Positions 38,918-51,210 of a stretch of 64,000 bases of DNA are shown piece after piece; the first letter of the stretch is position 1, and each line of letters opens with the position of its first letter. The position numbers and the translations under genes were made by a program. Source of the stretch: Octopus bimaculoides (taxonomy: Eukaryota). The notes beneath the pieces are model-generated. The model searched no databases. It was given only the letters and a program-made list of their open reading frames with translations, and was not told the DNA's origin. The stretch is taken from contig NC_068993.1 in assembly GCF_001194135.2 (NCBI RefSeq), positions 46,781,561 to 46,845,560 on the forward strand, in the 5' to 3' direction.

Positions 38918-39058
38918 GATGTTCCTCTTTGCGATCATCCTCTTGCTGATGTTGCAATAGCTGGAGCAGCAGTCCACCCATTACCTGTCACCTTCCATAC
39001 CCTTTTGCAGACAGTTGCCGATGTTATGATGCATCTTCCTCTTGGCACTAGTCTCCAG
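38918..39058 (+). CDS. MYCBP2: MYCBP2 exon (phase 0-0), DVPLCDHPLAD...LLQTVADVMMHLPLGTSLQ
   Basis: Acceptor ttttctcag, donor CAG|gtaagt. Confidence 0.95.
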
Positions 39059-39094
39059 GTAAGTTGTGCACTAACATTACAAACATACATACAC

Positions 39095-39481
39095 ACTCTT
39101 TTACTTGTTTCAGTCATTTGACTGCAGCCATGCTGGAGCACCGCCTTTAGTTGAGCAAATCGACCCCAGGACTTATTCTTTGTAAGCCTAATACTTATTC
39201 TATCGGTTTCTTTTTGCCAAACTGCTAAGTTACGTGGACGTAAACTCATCAGCATCGGTTGTCAAGCGATGGTGGGGGGACAAACACACATACATATATA
39301 TATATATATACATATATACAACGGGCTTCTTTCAGTTTCCGTCTACCAAATCCACTCACAAGGCTTTGGTGGGCCCAAGGCTATAGTAGAAGACACTTGC
39401 CCAAGGTGCCACACAGTGGGACTGAACCCGGAACCATGTGGCTGGTAAGCAAGCTACTTACCACACAGCCACTCCTGCGCC
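39095..39481 (-). mobile_element. tRNA-derived SINE, family B (complete copy; fragments at about 24430-24660, 30915-31050, 39740-39920)
   Basis: Revcomp head GGCGCAGGAGTGGCTGTGTGGTAAG (A box), GGTTCAGTCCC (B box), internal (AT)n, 3' end ggtgctccagcatggc..cagtcaaatgactgaaacaagtaaaagagt. Confidence 0.85.
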
Positions 39482-40127
39482 TATATATACGTGCATATAT
39501 ATAGTTAAACTTCTGCTTTGATCCCTTGGCTTAAATACCATTAGCCCTCCATAGTTCCATCAGCTTCTTGTGCCCGCTTCTGACAATTGTTACTATTATT
39601 CTGGTCTTACCATCATCTAAATTATTATCATCATTTAATGCCCACTTTTCCATGCTTGTATATTCAAATAGAATTTAACGTGGCAGATTTTTCTGTGGTT
39701 GGATGCCAATTCTCACTCTTTTCTAAGCAAGGCAATACCCACTTCCATACACACACATGCGATGGGCTTCTTTCACCTTCCAGGTACCAAATACATGTGC
39801 AAAGGACTGTTTGACTTGGGATGATAGCAGAAGACACTTGCCTAAGGTTCCTCACTCTAGGACTCAACTCAGAAGACTTGCATGGTTACAAAGCAAGCTT
39901 TTTAACCACACAGCTACATCTACCATTATCATAATCACCATCCTTCTTACTCGTTACCGGTTTTCATTTTCTTTGTACCACTCTGCCCTGACAACATTGA
40001 CAGCAGTGGTGGGGGGGGGGGCAGCTTTTTCCTCCATCCATCAGCCTCTCTTTCCTTCTCTCTGTTGATAATATCTGCCTTCGATTTCATTAATATCCAG
40101 AGTGCTGAGTATGTGTATCTTTTATTC

Positions 40128-40467
40128 TAGTGGTTCCCAAACTGTTTTGGGCTGCTGCCCCCTTGATACCCAGGCCACATTCCTAGTGCCCCCACCCAAA
40201 CTAACCATCACTGACATAGACCTCTTTCTGAAGCAAATTCAGCGCAACTGTATTTTACAAATAAGATGTAACCTAATGAACCCATTATTTTGTTGTTTTT
40301 ACATGAATCGCTACCCCATTATTGCCCCACTTTTTTACATGTATCGCTTCCCCACTATTGTTCCCCTTTTGACATGAATTGCTGCCTCACTATTGCCCCA
40401 TTTCAGTGCCCCCTTGGAACTTTCCACCACCTTCAGGGGACAGTACCACCCACTTTGGGAACCACTG
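40128..40467. mobile_element. hAT (Charlie-like) MITE (340 bp) with internal ~33-bp repeats
   Basis: TIRs TAGTGGTTCCCAAA and revcomp CAGTGGTTCCCAAA. Perfect 8-bp TSD TTTTATTC at 40120-40127 and 40468-40475. Confidence 0.88.
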
Positions 40468-40813
40468 TTTTATTCTTTGGAGAAGGTAAGGTTGTCTAGT
40501 GAAAGATGTTTGTGTGTATGTATCTTAGCCTCATGTTCAAGCAGTTTCTCTCCTCAATCACAAGGTCCTGATTTTGATCCCTGAAAGAAGGAAAGGCAAA
40601 ATTGGCCTTGGCAGGATTTGAACTTGGAACATAAAAAAACTGGAAGGACTGCCACAGCATATTCCCCCCCTCCCCAACACTTTTACAATTCACCCAATCT
40701 AACAATAATAGCATTTTACTTTTCTGTATTCTTTGCTCATCATCGTCATCATCATCATCGTCATTATCACCACTGTTATTGTCACTGTCTTCTATGTTTT
40801 GTGTCCTCTCCAG

Positions 40814-40960
40814 CAAATGGCAGTACGCTGCTACTGTCTGCGTTTCACTCAGGCTGACCACCAGTTTCTACACGAGAGTCATGTTTTCAGTAACATTAGT
40901 AGGATTTTGGTTAAGTCTGACGACGAAGACACAGAAGATAACAACACTGAAAACGCTCAG
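40814..40960 (+). CDS. MYCBP2: MYCBP2 exon (phase 0-0), QMAVRCYCLRFTQADHQFLHESHVFSNISRIL...ENAQ
   Basis: Acceptor cctctccag, donor CAG|gtttga. Conserved DHQFLHESHVFSNISRIL-type motif. Confidence 0.95.
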
Positions 40961-41074
40961 GTTTGAACTTTAAAAAATTTTTCTTTTATTAATTTCCAGT
41001 AGCAGGANNNNNNNNNNNNNNNNNNNNNNNNNNNNNNNNNNNNNNNNNNNNNNNNNNNNNNNNNNNNNNNNNNN

Positions 41075-41407
41075 TCCCAGACCGGGCGTTGTGAGTGTTT
41101 ATTGAGTGAAAACACCTAAAGCTCCATGAGACTCCGGCAGGGGATGGTGGTGAACCCTGCTGTACTCTTCCACCACAACTTTCTCTCACTCTTTCTTCCT
41201 GTTTCTGTTGTGCCTGTAATTCAAAGGGTCAGCCTTGTCACACTGCGTCACGCTGAATATCCCCGAGAACTACGTTAAGGGTACACGTGTCTGTGGAGTG
41301 CTGAGCCACTTGCATGTTAATTTCACGAGCAGGCTGTTCCATTGATCAGATCAACTGGAACCCTCGACGTTGTAAGTGATGGAGTGCCAACAACAACAAC
41401 AACAACA
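41075..41407 (+). mobile_element. tRNA-derived SINE, family C body (5' end lost in a gap; head seen at 32463-32630)
   Basis: cccagaccgggcgttgtg..tttattgag.gaaaacacctaaagctcc is shared with 32525-32575, whose head has A box TGGCCCAGTGGTTAGG and B box GGTTTCGATTCC. (CAA)n tail. Confidence 0.75.
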
Positions 41408-41736
41408 GTTTAGTGTGTTTGCAAGTAGCTTGGTATGTGGAGGTGTGGTGGTGTGGAGATTTTGAGTGTGAGATGGGAGTAATTTGAAGTTTATGTGTGT
41501 TGCTAGGAATACTTTATGGTGTGTGGATAGCTGGGTAATTTGGTGTGTGGCCAAAATATTTATTATGATGGTGAGAGATTGTAGATAATTAGGGGGAAGT
41601 ATGGAAAAGTGAAGTGGTTTAACCCCCAGACAACCCATGTTGGGCACATGCCTTACTAGGAATGTATCACAAGTCCATGATACTGTCTTTAATTAACATT
41701 CTCTATCATTAATTAACTGTGTTTTATTGTTACCAG

Positions 41737-41827
41737 TCAACAAGTATGCTGAGTCTGTGGAAAGATTTGACTGCATCAGCTGACATCAGGGCTTCAAGTC
41801 GACAGAGTATGATTGCCAGTCTAACAG
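41737..41827 (+). CDS. MYCBP2: MYCBP2 exon (phase 0-1), start of DOC/APC10 domain, STSMLSLWKDLTASADIRASSRQSMIASLT
   Basis: Acceptor ttgttaccag, donor CAG|gtgagt. Not in the ORF track because it is short. Confidence 0.93.
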
Positions 41828-42027
41828 GTGAGTAACCGTTTATTTCCTTTTGAAAGAAATTAATTAATCTGTGGATCATTTACATCACACAGATACTGAG
41901 TGTTTTATCTCTGAGTTGCTATGGCAGCGAGTGCCACTAAAGTCTCACACCAACTACTGACTGTTACAAAGACATCTTCATCATCATCATCATCATCAAA
42001 TGTAACTTGGTGTTTTCTACATTTCAG

Positions 42028-42161
42028 ATTGTTCAACGGAAACGTTTTGGGAGAGTGGAGATGAAGATCGCAACAAGTCTAAAGTTATTAACGTTGTGTG
42101 TACAGCGCAGTGTCATGCACGGTTGATAGCTGCACATATAGATAACACCAGAGACTTAGCT
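42028..42161 (+). CDS. MYCBP2: MYCBP2 exon (phase 1-0), DOC domain, DCSTETFWESGDEDRNKSK...HIDNTRDLA
   Basis: Acceptor catttcag, donor GCT|gtaagt. DOC signature TFWES. Confidence 0.96.
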
Positions 42162-42181
42162 GTAAGTGTAATTGTATGTTG

Positions 42182-42248
<67 letters not shown>

Positions 42249-43624
42249 CTGTCTATGTCTGTATGGGTTTTGTGTTCTTTGTCAATGTGGAGGTTGGTTT
42301 GGGCTTTTCTCCATCTTAGTCCTTGTACACAGAATACATCTGAGCACCTCTACCCAAGCATCTCTACAGTCTCTCTGGACCTACTTTTTGCTGTTCCCTC
42401 AATTGTTGCAGCTCTGAAATTTTGAATCTGATAGAGAGAGGACTTATCTGGTGGCTTGAGGTCTAACTTCTGCAACTGGAAGGAAGAAAGTTTGTGCTTG
42501 ATGGTAGTGAGAACAATATTGTCTTAAGACACGAGCTCTTTGGCCACTTGCCTGGGGTCCACACAGATTCAGTGGCCCAATTCTGATCAATGTTTCTTGT
42601 GGTTTGCTGTCACAAAACGAATGCTATAGAGTCCAGTGCATTGATTTGCCCAGGAGCCTACAATACTGTTAAGATTATAATTACAATGAATCTCTTTCAT
42701 AACATACAGGGCTACCACTAGTAATAATGTATTGAACTGCACACAAGCAAAAAAAAAATGTACAACCTGGAGTACTGATGGCTTCTAGACAGAGAGGCTA
42801 CACATTGATTAATCTTGAAAGATGGTGCAATACTAATTGCATCTTTACTATCATCATTGTTACTTCTGCTTTTTCCATTCTGTCATTTGTTGGATGGATA
42901 CTTCATGAGGTAGTGACTCCTGGACACTTTTCTAATGCCAACCCTTGATTTTTGGGTAAGGTACTTTATTCCACATCTTCACATATTGAACTGTGCCCTG
43001 CTTCACACACCCATAAAGCAAGATGGCAACACGTGGGTTTCTGTAATTTAAGTAAACTAATAAAAATGAAGTGAAAGACAACTAACATACATATATGTGT
43101 GTGCTCGCGCGCACACGCACATACACACAGTATTTACTCTTGTCTAAGTCGCACATTTTGTACATGACTATAGTAGCAGTACTTTGATAACAAAAGTCAA
43201 TGGTATGACTTATACACAAGGTTAATTAATCTTGTTTTACGGAAGTTTTGTATCAACTTCTGTTTAATATGGAGTGCAACTTTTACATGAATAAACACAA
43301 TACACACATGCTGTCACACATGCGCATGTGTGTGTAGACATGCACACACAAACACAGATATAGCTGCTTGCACCGCTGTGACTAAGTTCAGTTCATAACC
43401 ATGTGCTTTCAGGTTCAGTGCCTCTGCATGGCACTTTAGACAAATGTCTTGTATTGTAGCTCCGGAGTAACTAATGCATTGTGAGTAAATGTTTTAAGCA
43501 AAAACTCTCGGAAGCATGTTTTGTGTGCAGTGGTGATATACATCTGCAGTCAGCTGATTTTTTTCTTCATCTTCTATAGCCCATGTTACATGGATCTCAT
43601 TATTTGTCTCCTTGTTCATTTCAG

Positions 43625-43690
43625 AATAAAGTCTCATTTATCCAGTTCTTCTGTGGTCCTTCAGCTGAGGAGATGAATAAAATACGTCAG
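43625..43690 (+). CDS. MYCBP2: MYCBP2 exon (phase 0-0), DOC domain, NKVSFIQFFCGPSAEEMNKIRQ
   Basis: Acceptor ttcatttcag, donor CAG|gtaaat. Confidence 0.92.
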
Positions 43691-44316
43691 GTAAATTATG
43701 CTCATTCTTTATTACTGTATTTGATGACATTAAAGGTGTTCAGGTATATTAGATGCATCCCAATTTCAGTAGTGCATATTCAGGAAAGAGTGGGCATCAG
43801 GAAAAAAATTAGCTTGTGGGAGGCTCAGCTTTGCATACTGGTCCTGGGGTAATTTTTTTCGCCACCTTTTTTTCAGAAGAAAAAGGTACATCTTTTATGC
43901 CACTCATATCGTTTCCTCTTTATTATTTATTTTTGGTTTCATCATCATCATCGTTTAACGTCCGTTTTCTATGCTGGCACGTGTTGGACGGTTTCACTTA
44001 GGTCTGGAAAGCCAAGTTCGAATCTGATCTGGCAATGTTTCTACAGCTGGGTGCCCTTCCTAACGCCAACCACTCCAATAGTGTAGTGGGTGCCTTTTAT
44101 GTGTCACCAGCACAGGAGCCAGTCAGGCAGACCTGGCATAAACCACATTCAGATAGTGCTTGCGATGTTATGACAAATATTGGTTTCAAAGTTTGGCACA
44201 AGGTCAGCAATTTCAGGGGAGTGGGTAAATCGTTTTCATTGACCCCAGTTTTTGACTGGTACTCATTTTATCAACCCACTTATAACAAACCGTTTCCTTT
44301 TCCTTTCTACTTTTAG

Positions 44317-44556
44317 GTTGAAATTGAAGCCCGACATGTTGGTTGGGTGAACTGTTATTTACCTGATCAGAAGTGCCGTTACATGAAGTTGGAGATGAAG
44401 GGGCCCGACAATAGCCTTCGTCTGCGACAAATCAAGGTGTTGGGTGAGATTGAGGGCTGTGACTGTCGCATAAACAACATGAAGAATCCCTTGAAAATGC
44501 AGCAGGATAATTGTGAAGCAGAAACCCTAAAAGTCTTTCGTTTATTAACATCACAG
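44317..44556 (+). CDS. MYCBP2: MYCBP2 exon (phase 0-0), DOC domain end, VEIEARHVGWV...KGPDNSLRLRQIKVLG...CEAETLKVFRLLTSQ
   Basis: Acceptor ctacttttag, donor CAG|gtaatt. Confidence 0.96.
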
Positions 44557-44832
44557 GTAATTAATTGATTAATTAATTATTGACTTACAAGATAATTAAA
44601 TGAGCTATCACTAAACAAGCTCCCAGGCCTTCACCTGTCACTGCCTCAGAATATTAACTGATAGAGTGAGGGACCTGCTTCATAATTATTAACCAGCTGG
44701 AAATAGCTTCCAAATCTCCCTTAAAACCTATTTTTATGTTTTAGTTGTTTCACTCATTGGTCTAAGTTATTCTTGTGTACACCTGCATATTGTGTACTCC
44801 TGCTTATATCTTTTTGAAATTTTATTCTCCAG

Positions 44833-45003
44833 GTTTTTGGTCGTTTGATCACAGATGATTGCACTGAAGACAAAGTTGAGGAGAAGAAAGTTAGCGAGGT
44901 TGATGGAGGAGAGTCTGGTACAGCACGTGACAATGATCTCAAAGAACACATGTTAGGGATCTTGTTTAGCCGAGGTAGCAAGTTGTCCCATCTACAAAAA
45001 CAA
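44833..45003 (+). CDS. MYCBP2: MYCBP2 exon (phase 0-0), VFGRLITDD...DLKEHMLGILFSRGSKLSHLQKQ
   Basis: Acceptor ttattctccag, donor CAA|gtgagt. Confidence 0.95.
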
Positions 45004-45664
45004 GTGAGTGACACACACTGAACTTATCTTTCTTGTTATACACACACACACATACATATATATCCCCACCTCCCCAGTTATCATCATCATTTTAACACCC
45101 ACTTTTCCATGCTTGCATGGGTTGGACAGAATTTATTGAAATGGATTTTCTACAACCAGATATCCTGCTTGTTGCTAATCCTCGATTGTTTCCAAGTAAG
45201 GTAATATTTCTCCCTGACCTGACATGTTTTCTTGGAAGATTGAAAATGAAAGGCAGCACTTGCATGATGGTAACACTTGTTTACAACTACCACTTGATGT
45301 CAAGGCAAGGAGACCATGCACTCTCACACACACGATGGGCTTCAGATTCCGTCTATCAAATCCACTCACAAGGTGTTGGTCGGCCTGGAGCTACAATAGA
45401 CACTTGCCCATGGTGCCAACCTGACCCTATACATTTATGTGTGTGTGTGTGTGTATATATATATCATCATCATCATCGTTTAACGTCTGCTTTCCATGCT
45501 AGCATGGGTTGGACAATTTGACTGAGGACTGGCAAGCCAGAAGGCTGCACCAGGCTCCAATCTGATCTGGCAGAGTTTCTACAGCTGGATGCCCTTCCTA
45601 ACGCCAACCACTCCGAGAGTGTAGTGGGTGCTTTTACGTGCCACCAGCACAAAGGCCAGTCAGC

Positions 45665-46330
45665 NNNNNNNNNNNNNNNNNNNNNNNNNNNNNNNNNNNN
45701 NNNNNNNNNNNNNNNNNNNNNNNNNNNNNNNNNNNNNNNNNNNNNNNNNNNNNNNNNNNNNNNNNNNNNNNNNNNNNNNNNNNNNNNNNNNNNNNNNNNN
45801 NNNNNNNNNNNNNNNNNNNNNNNNNNNNNNNNNNNNNNNNNNNNNNNNNNNNNNNNNNNNNNNNNNNNNNNNNNNNNNNNNNNNNNNNNNNNNNNNNNNN
45901 NNNNNNNNNNNNNNNNNNNNNNNNNNNNNNNNNNNNNNNNNNNNNNNNNNNNNNNNNNNNNNNNNNNNNNNNNNNNNNNNNNNNNNNNNNNNNNNNNNNN
46001 NNNNNNNNNNNNNNNNNNNNNNNNNNNNNNNNNNNNNNNNNNNNNNNNNNNNNNNNNNNNNNNNNNNNNNNNNNNNNNNNNNNNNNNNNNNNNNNNNNNN
46101 NNNNNNNNNNNNNNNNNNNNNNNNNNNNNNNNNNNNNNNNNNNNNNNNNNNNNNNNNNNNNNNNNNNNNNNNNNNNNNNNNNNNNNNNNNNNNNNNNNNN
46201 NNNNNNNNNNNNNNNNNNNNNNNNNNNNNNNNNNNNNNNNNNNNNNNNNNNNNNNNNNNNNNNNNNNNNNNNNNNNNNNNNNNNNNNNNNNNNNNNNNNN
46301 NNNNNNNNNNNNNNNNNNNNNNNNNNNNNC
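45665..46330. other. Assembly gap (666 N); other gaps at 2265-2410, 10174-10358 and 41008-41074
   Basis: N runs. Confidence 0.99.
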
Positions 46331-46367
46331 TATACATTTATGTGTGTGTGTGTGTGTATATATATAT

Positions 46368-46648
46368 CATCATCATCATCGTTTAACGTCTGCTTTCCAT
46401 GCTAGCATGGGTTGGACAATTTGACTGAGGACTGGCAAGCCAGAAGGCTGCACCAGGCTCCAATCTGATCTGGCAGAGTTTCTACAGCTGGATGCCCTTC
46501 CTAACGCCAACCACTCCGAGAGTGTAGTGGGTGCTTTTACGTGCCACCAGCACAAAGGCCAGTCAGCCGGTACTGACAACGGCCATGCTCAAAATGGTGT
46601 ATTTTACGTGCCACCCACACAAGAGCCAGTCCCGGGGCACTGGCAACG

Positions 46649-46650
<2 letters not shown>
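46368..46650 (-). mobile_element. LINE 3' UTR copy; related minus-strand copies at about 8580-8790, 43946-44160, 45465-45664 and 52540-52680
   Basis: catcatcatcgtttaacgtctgctttccatgctagcatgggttggac...ggatgcccttcctaacgccaaccactcc is the reverse complement of the 57328 and 58011 family. Confidence 0.75.
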
Positions 46651-46716
<66 letters not shown>

Positions 46717-46941
46717 GGGAGGCACTGAATGTCTTCTAATATCTATAGCTATTACACCACTACAAATACCATGTATCAGTTGTCTATCAAGAATGGCTAG
46801 TCAGGGCCCTACATAGAACAGTACAAGTGACTGAAAGTGAAGTATTCTTGTTGATTTCCTATCCTGCTCCCTTTATCGATAAACCTACATATGATTTGAT
46901 ATAAACATAGAAATCTAACCTCTGTCTGTCTTGTTTTCCAG

Positions 46942-47048
46942 GTATGCTCCCATATAGTACAGGCTATCAAGAAAGAGACCCGACGTGTGAGAGATGAGTG
47001 GGAAGCCAGTTTGTTAAATCGATCATCTACATCTATAGATGGAAGCAG
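46942..47048 (+). CDS. MYCBP2: MYCBP2 exon (phase 0-2), VCSHIVQAIKKETRRVRDEWEASLLNRSSTSIDGS
   Basis: Acceptor gttttccag, donor CAG|gtgagt. Confidence 0.94.
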
Positions 47049-47293
47049 GTGAGTTCGATGTTTAGTTGGAACTGACTGATCAGTAGATCAATCGATCAAT
47101 CTCACAGTTTATCATTCAAAATCTTCATTGGTAATATTTCTAGAATGATTCCTTGCAGAAACTTAGTGTTGACTATAATATTTTATGCATACACACACAT
47201 ATGTGTGCTTGTATATACATACATTTTTTTCTATATCTCTACTTTCCTTTTCTACAAAAGGTGCTCAGACTCTGGATAAGGAGTAGACAACCA

Positions 47294-47358
<65 letters not shown>

Positions 47359-47521
47359 CAAAAATAAGAGGAATGACCGGCAAAAGTGGACTCCTATATG
47401 CTAGAAATAGATGCCGAATCATCTAACCACGAAAAATATGTTCTCAGTAAAAGTTTAGCGACACAACAGACTATAAAAGGGCAAGTCAAATGAAAAATTA
47501 CTAAATAAAAAAACGATTAAC

Positions 47522-47586
47522 CTACGTACCATGGTTTCACCCGTTAAAATTTACATAAGTAAATATCTGCTGGATCATCAGCGTAG
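47522..47586 (-). ncRNA. Candidate minimal type-I hammerhead ribozyme (antisense to MYCBP2)
   Basis: Minus strand CTACG-CTGATGA-(36-nt domain II with ATTTAC/GTAAAT hairpin)-GAA-ACCATGGT-A^-CGTAG: perfect 5-bp stem I, 8-nt palindromic stem III, GUA triplet. Confidence 0.6.
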
Positions 47587-47956
47587 TCTGTTGATTTATA
47601 AATCTTCGGATTTTTTTTAATATGCTAGACCACTGGTTTTAATTGATTAATATCAATTTCTACCCTTATTAATAAATTTTATATATATACATATAAATAT
47701 TATACACCCACTACCTGTGTAATTTTTCTATTATGTCTTGTCTTTATTCTGTTGTTGTTTATTGCTTGTTTATGTCTACATCACTGCCCTTTAAGTCTAC
47801 TCACTTATCCCAGTAGCGTTTGCCGTTGACACCACCTAAATGAACAATCTTATTGATAATGGTGTGAAATTGTGTTGATTTGTGACAAGTGTGTGATTTT
47901 TGGTGTGTTGCTTTGTCATCTTCCTGTGCAATTTCGCTCTCTCTTTCTTTCCCTCC

Positions 47957-47987
<31 letters not shown>

Positions 47988-48351
47988 CATATACATGCCT
48001 GCCTTTTTGTCTGTTTATATATATATGATAAGAAGGGTCACCATTTCACCTATGGTCAAGGTGGTTTGTGGTTGGAAGGATTACCATCTCACCTATAGTT
48101 GGATTGTTTGTGATAGGAAGGGATAATGACCATCCAGGTGTTAAAGCAATTGTCTTAACCTATGAACCATCTGATCAATGCTAGAATGGATAAATTGACG
48201 TAAAATGGTAAAAAAAAGAATTACATTTATTATTAAAATAATCAGAATTAAATGCTTTTGTGTGTGGATACAGCATAGGGATTGAAAAAGAATCAGAACT
48301 TTGTAATCAGTTATGGTTACTTATTTTGTCTGTCTGTCTGTGTGTCTATAG

Positions 48352-48505
48352 GTCTTCATCTGATGTTTACTGCTTTGAACTGCTCTCCATGGTTCTAGCA
48401 TTGAGTGGATCCTCAGTTGGCAGGAATTATTTGGCTCAACAAACAGGACTACTTCAAGACTTATTCAGCCTCCTCCATACAGCATCTCCGCGTGTTCAAA
48501 GACAA
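48352..48505 (+). CDS. MYCBP2: MYCBP2 exon (phase 2-0), SSSDVYCFELLSMVLALSGSSVGRNYL...LLHTASPRVQRQ
   Basis: Acceptor tgtctatag, donor CAA|gtaaga. Conserved YCFELLSMVLALSGS motif. Confidence 0.96.
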
Positions 48506-50013
48506 GTAAGATCTTTTGAACTGACATTCTTTTCCATTTTGTCTTTCTTTTTCTTTTTTCCTTAATTTTTTTTTCTATTTCTTCTGATTAACTAAATAGC
48601 TTTTTTCTCTTTTATATGAGTTGTCAGATAGATTTGTTTTTTTTTTTTTCTACTTGGCACTCCATTTATATACGTCTGGAAAGTGGTAAAGCTTATTCAA
48701 ATTTCAAAAATGATAAACAAAACTTGTAAAAGAAGAATGGAGCTATAAAAAACCCGTAAAGCACTATAATAAAAAATAATTTTCATATTAATTCAAATAA
48801 CTTTGGAAATGTTTAAAATGAATGGAAAAGAAATGAATTTATATGACAAGCCAATATTTATTTCTTGTTTTATTTCATTAAATTGTATAAATGTATTTTT
48901 TATTGTTGCTGTTGTTTAACCACAAATTAAAATCTGATTGAAGTAGACTTGTGGTTAAAGTTAATCTAAACATGGCCATACCATCTGTTTAGTGAGGACT
49001 CTACGACTGCATTGGTTATTGTTTTTAGCTAGTCTAGTGGTTATGGAGATACTCCAGCTTTGGCTCATTTACATTAATTTGCTGTTGTCATTTTTGGGGA
49101 GGGGTCTAGTCGATTATATCACTTGACTGGTACTTAATTTATCAACCCCAAAACGATGAAAGGTAAACTCGACCTCGACAAAATTTAAATTCAGAATATA
49201 AAGATGGACGAAATGCTGCTAAGCATTTTGCCCAGTGTGCTAACAATTCTGTCAGCTCAGTGCCTTAATAATAATAATAATTACAATAATAATTATAATC
49301 CTTTCTACTGAAGACACAAGGCCTTGAATTTTTGTGGGAGGAGACTAGTTGATTGCTTCGACTCCACTGTTTCACTGGTGTTTAATTTATCAACTCTGAA
49401 AAGATGAAAGGCAAAGTTGACCTTGGTGGAATTTGAACCTAGAACGTAGTGATGAGCAAAATACTGCTAGGCATTTCATCTAACAATTCTGCCAGTTTGC
49501 CGCCATAACTTAAAAACAATAACAACAACGGTTTCAAATTTTGGTACAAGGCTAGCAATCTTAGGAGGAAGGAGTTGATTACATTAACCCAAACACTTGA
49601 CAGATAGTTTATTTTATTGACCCTGAAAAGATGAATGGCAAAGTTGACCTGTGCAGAATTTGAAATCAGAATGTAAAGAGCTGGAAGAAATAAGCATTTT
49701 GCTAAGTGTTTTGCCCAATATGCTAAGGATTTTGCCAACTCAGCATCATCTTCCATATTAATAATAATAATGATTTATTTTATTGCTCCAAAAGCAACAA
49801 ATGGGTTAGTTAGGGGTTTATAATAATCCTTTCTACTGTAGGTACAAGGCCTGAAATTTTGGAAGGGGACTAGTTGATTATATTGATTCCAGTGTTTCAC
49901 TGGTGCTTAATTTATCGACCCCGAAAGGATGAAAAGCAAAATCGATCTTGATGGAATTTGAACTCAGAACGCAGTGATGGATAAAATACCACTAAGCATT
50001 TCGTCCAGCGTGT

Positions 50014-50109
50014 TAATGGTTCTGTCAGCTTGCTGCCTAATGGTTCTGTCAGCTTGCTGCCTAATGGTTCTATGAGCTCGCTGCCTAATGGTTCTGCCAG
50101 CTCGCCGCC
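50014..50109 (-). repeat. 24-bp unit x4 formed from the head of a family-A SINE
   Basis: taatggttctgtcagcttgctgcc and three variants; the reverse complement is the SINE A-box head ggcagcgagctggcagaaccatta. Confidence 0.85.
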
Positions 50110-50186
50110 TTGGTTTATGATAATGATAATTGTTGATGCGTGCAGGTGCAGATATTCACCACCTGTTCTTCAATTTGTTTTTTCAG

Positions 50187-50473
50187 GTGACATCAGTCAT
50201 CAGAAGAGTACTTCCCGATGTCCATCCCCAAGCTTTGGCCGACTTACTTCTCGTGCCGAATCTACCACCCACAGACTTCAACATTATGCATTCGACGAAC
50301 AAGCCGTCTGTCGAAGAAGAGTTTGATTCTGAGAAGCCTTGCATCCTGGATGTATTTTTGGCCTGCATCAGTAAAGCACTGGCTGTCCAGACCAAAGTCA
50401 AAAGTAACCAGTTCCAGAAAGGCATCACCACCGTTACCTTAGCAGAGTGTCTGGCTGAGCACACATCTAGCAG
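50187..50473 (+). CDS. MYCBP2: MYCBP2 exon (phase 0-2), VTSVIRRVLPDV...ILDVFLACISKALAVQTKVK...EHTSS
   Basis: Acceptor ttttttcag, donor CAG|gtaggt. Confidence 0.95.
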
Positions 50474-51069
50474 GTAGGTTGTGGTGGTGGTGGTGGAGTG
50501 TATATTGTGTTGGGAGCGTAGTGGTGGTGATAGTGATGTGTGTTACTGTAATGGCTGTGTGGTAGTAGTGGTAGTAGTGATGTGTGTTACTGTGCTGGCT
50601 GTGTGGTAGTTGTGGTGGTGGTGGTGGAATGTATGTTAGAGGAGCATTGTTGGGATCTGATCTGGCGTGGTGGTAGTATGACAGTGGTGTGTTGTGTTAG
50701 TGTAGTAATGCTGTACATTGTGTATTGGCGATGCTTGCCGTGTTTTATGGGTGGTGGTATGTGTTATTGGAGTGTGGTGGTGTCTACTCTAAGAGTTTGG
50801 TAGTGGTGTGTATTGTGGGACATTAGTGACTGTGCATTTTGTGTAGTATAAAGGTGGTTGTTGAAGGATTAGTGGTGAGAGCATATGTTGTAGTTTGGGT
50901 TTTGTCAAAGTTATATGGGTAGTGGTGATTAAGGGCAAGCAACTTAATAATTATGTTAATAATAATAAATCTAGTTTAATTATAGTTCTTTTATTATTAA
51001 ATTCAGATTGAGTTAATTATGTTGCAGTTCACTGGAGTTTTACTAAATTAACATGTAAACTTTCTATCT

Positions 51070-51100
<31 letters not shown>

Positions 51101-51122
51101 CTTAATATATTTTCTTTTCCAG

Positions 51123-51210
51123 AGCCACAGGTCCAAGATGGTGGCTGAGAGGTCACATGACAATGTGCCAAGCTGGTAACATTATTGCTCTGCTACAAGA
51201 CATGGCCAAG
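51123..51210 (+). CDS. MYCBP2: MYCBP2 exon (phase 2-0), ATGPRWWLRGHMTMCQAGNIIALLQDMAK
   Basis: Acceptor cttttccag, donor AAG|gtaacc. Conserved RWWLRG-type motif. Confidence 0.93.
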
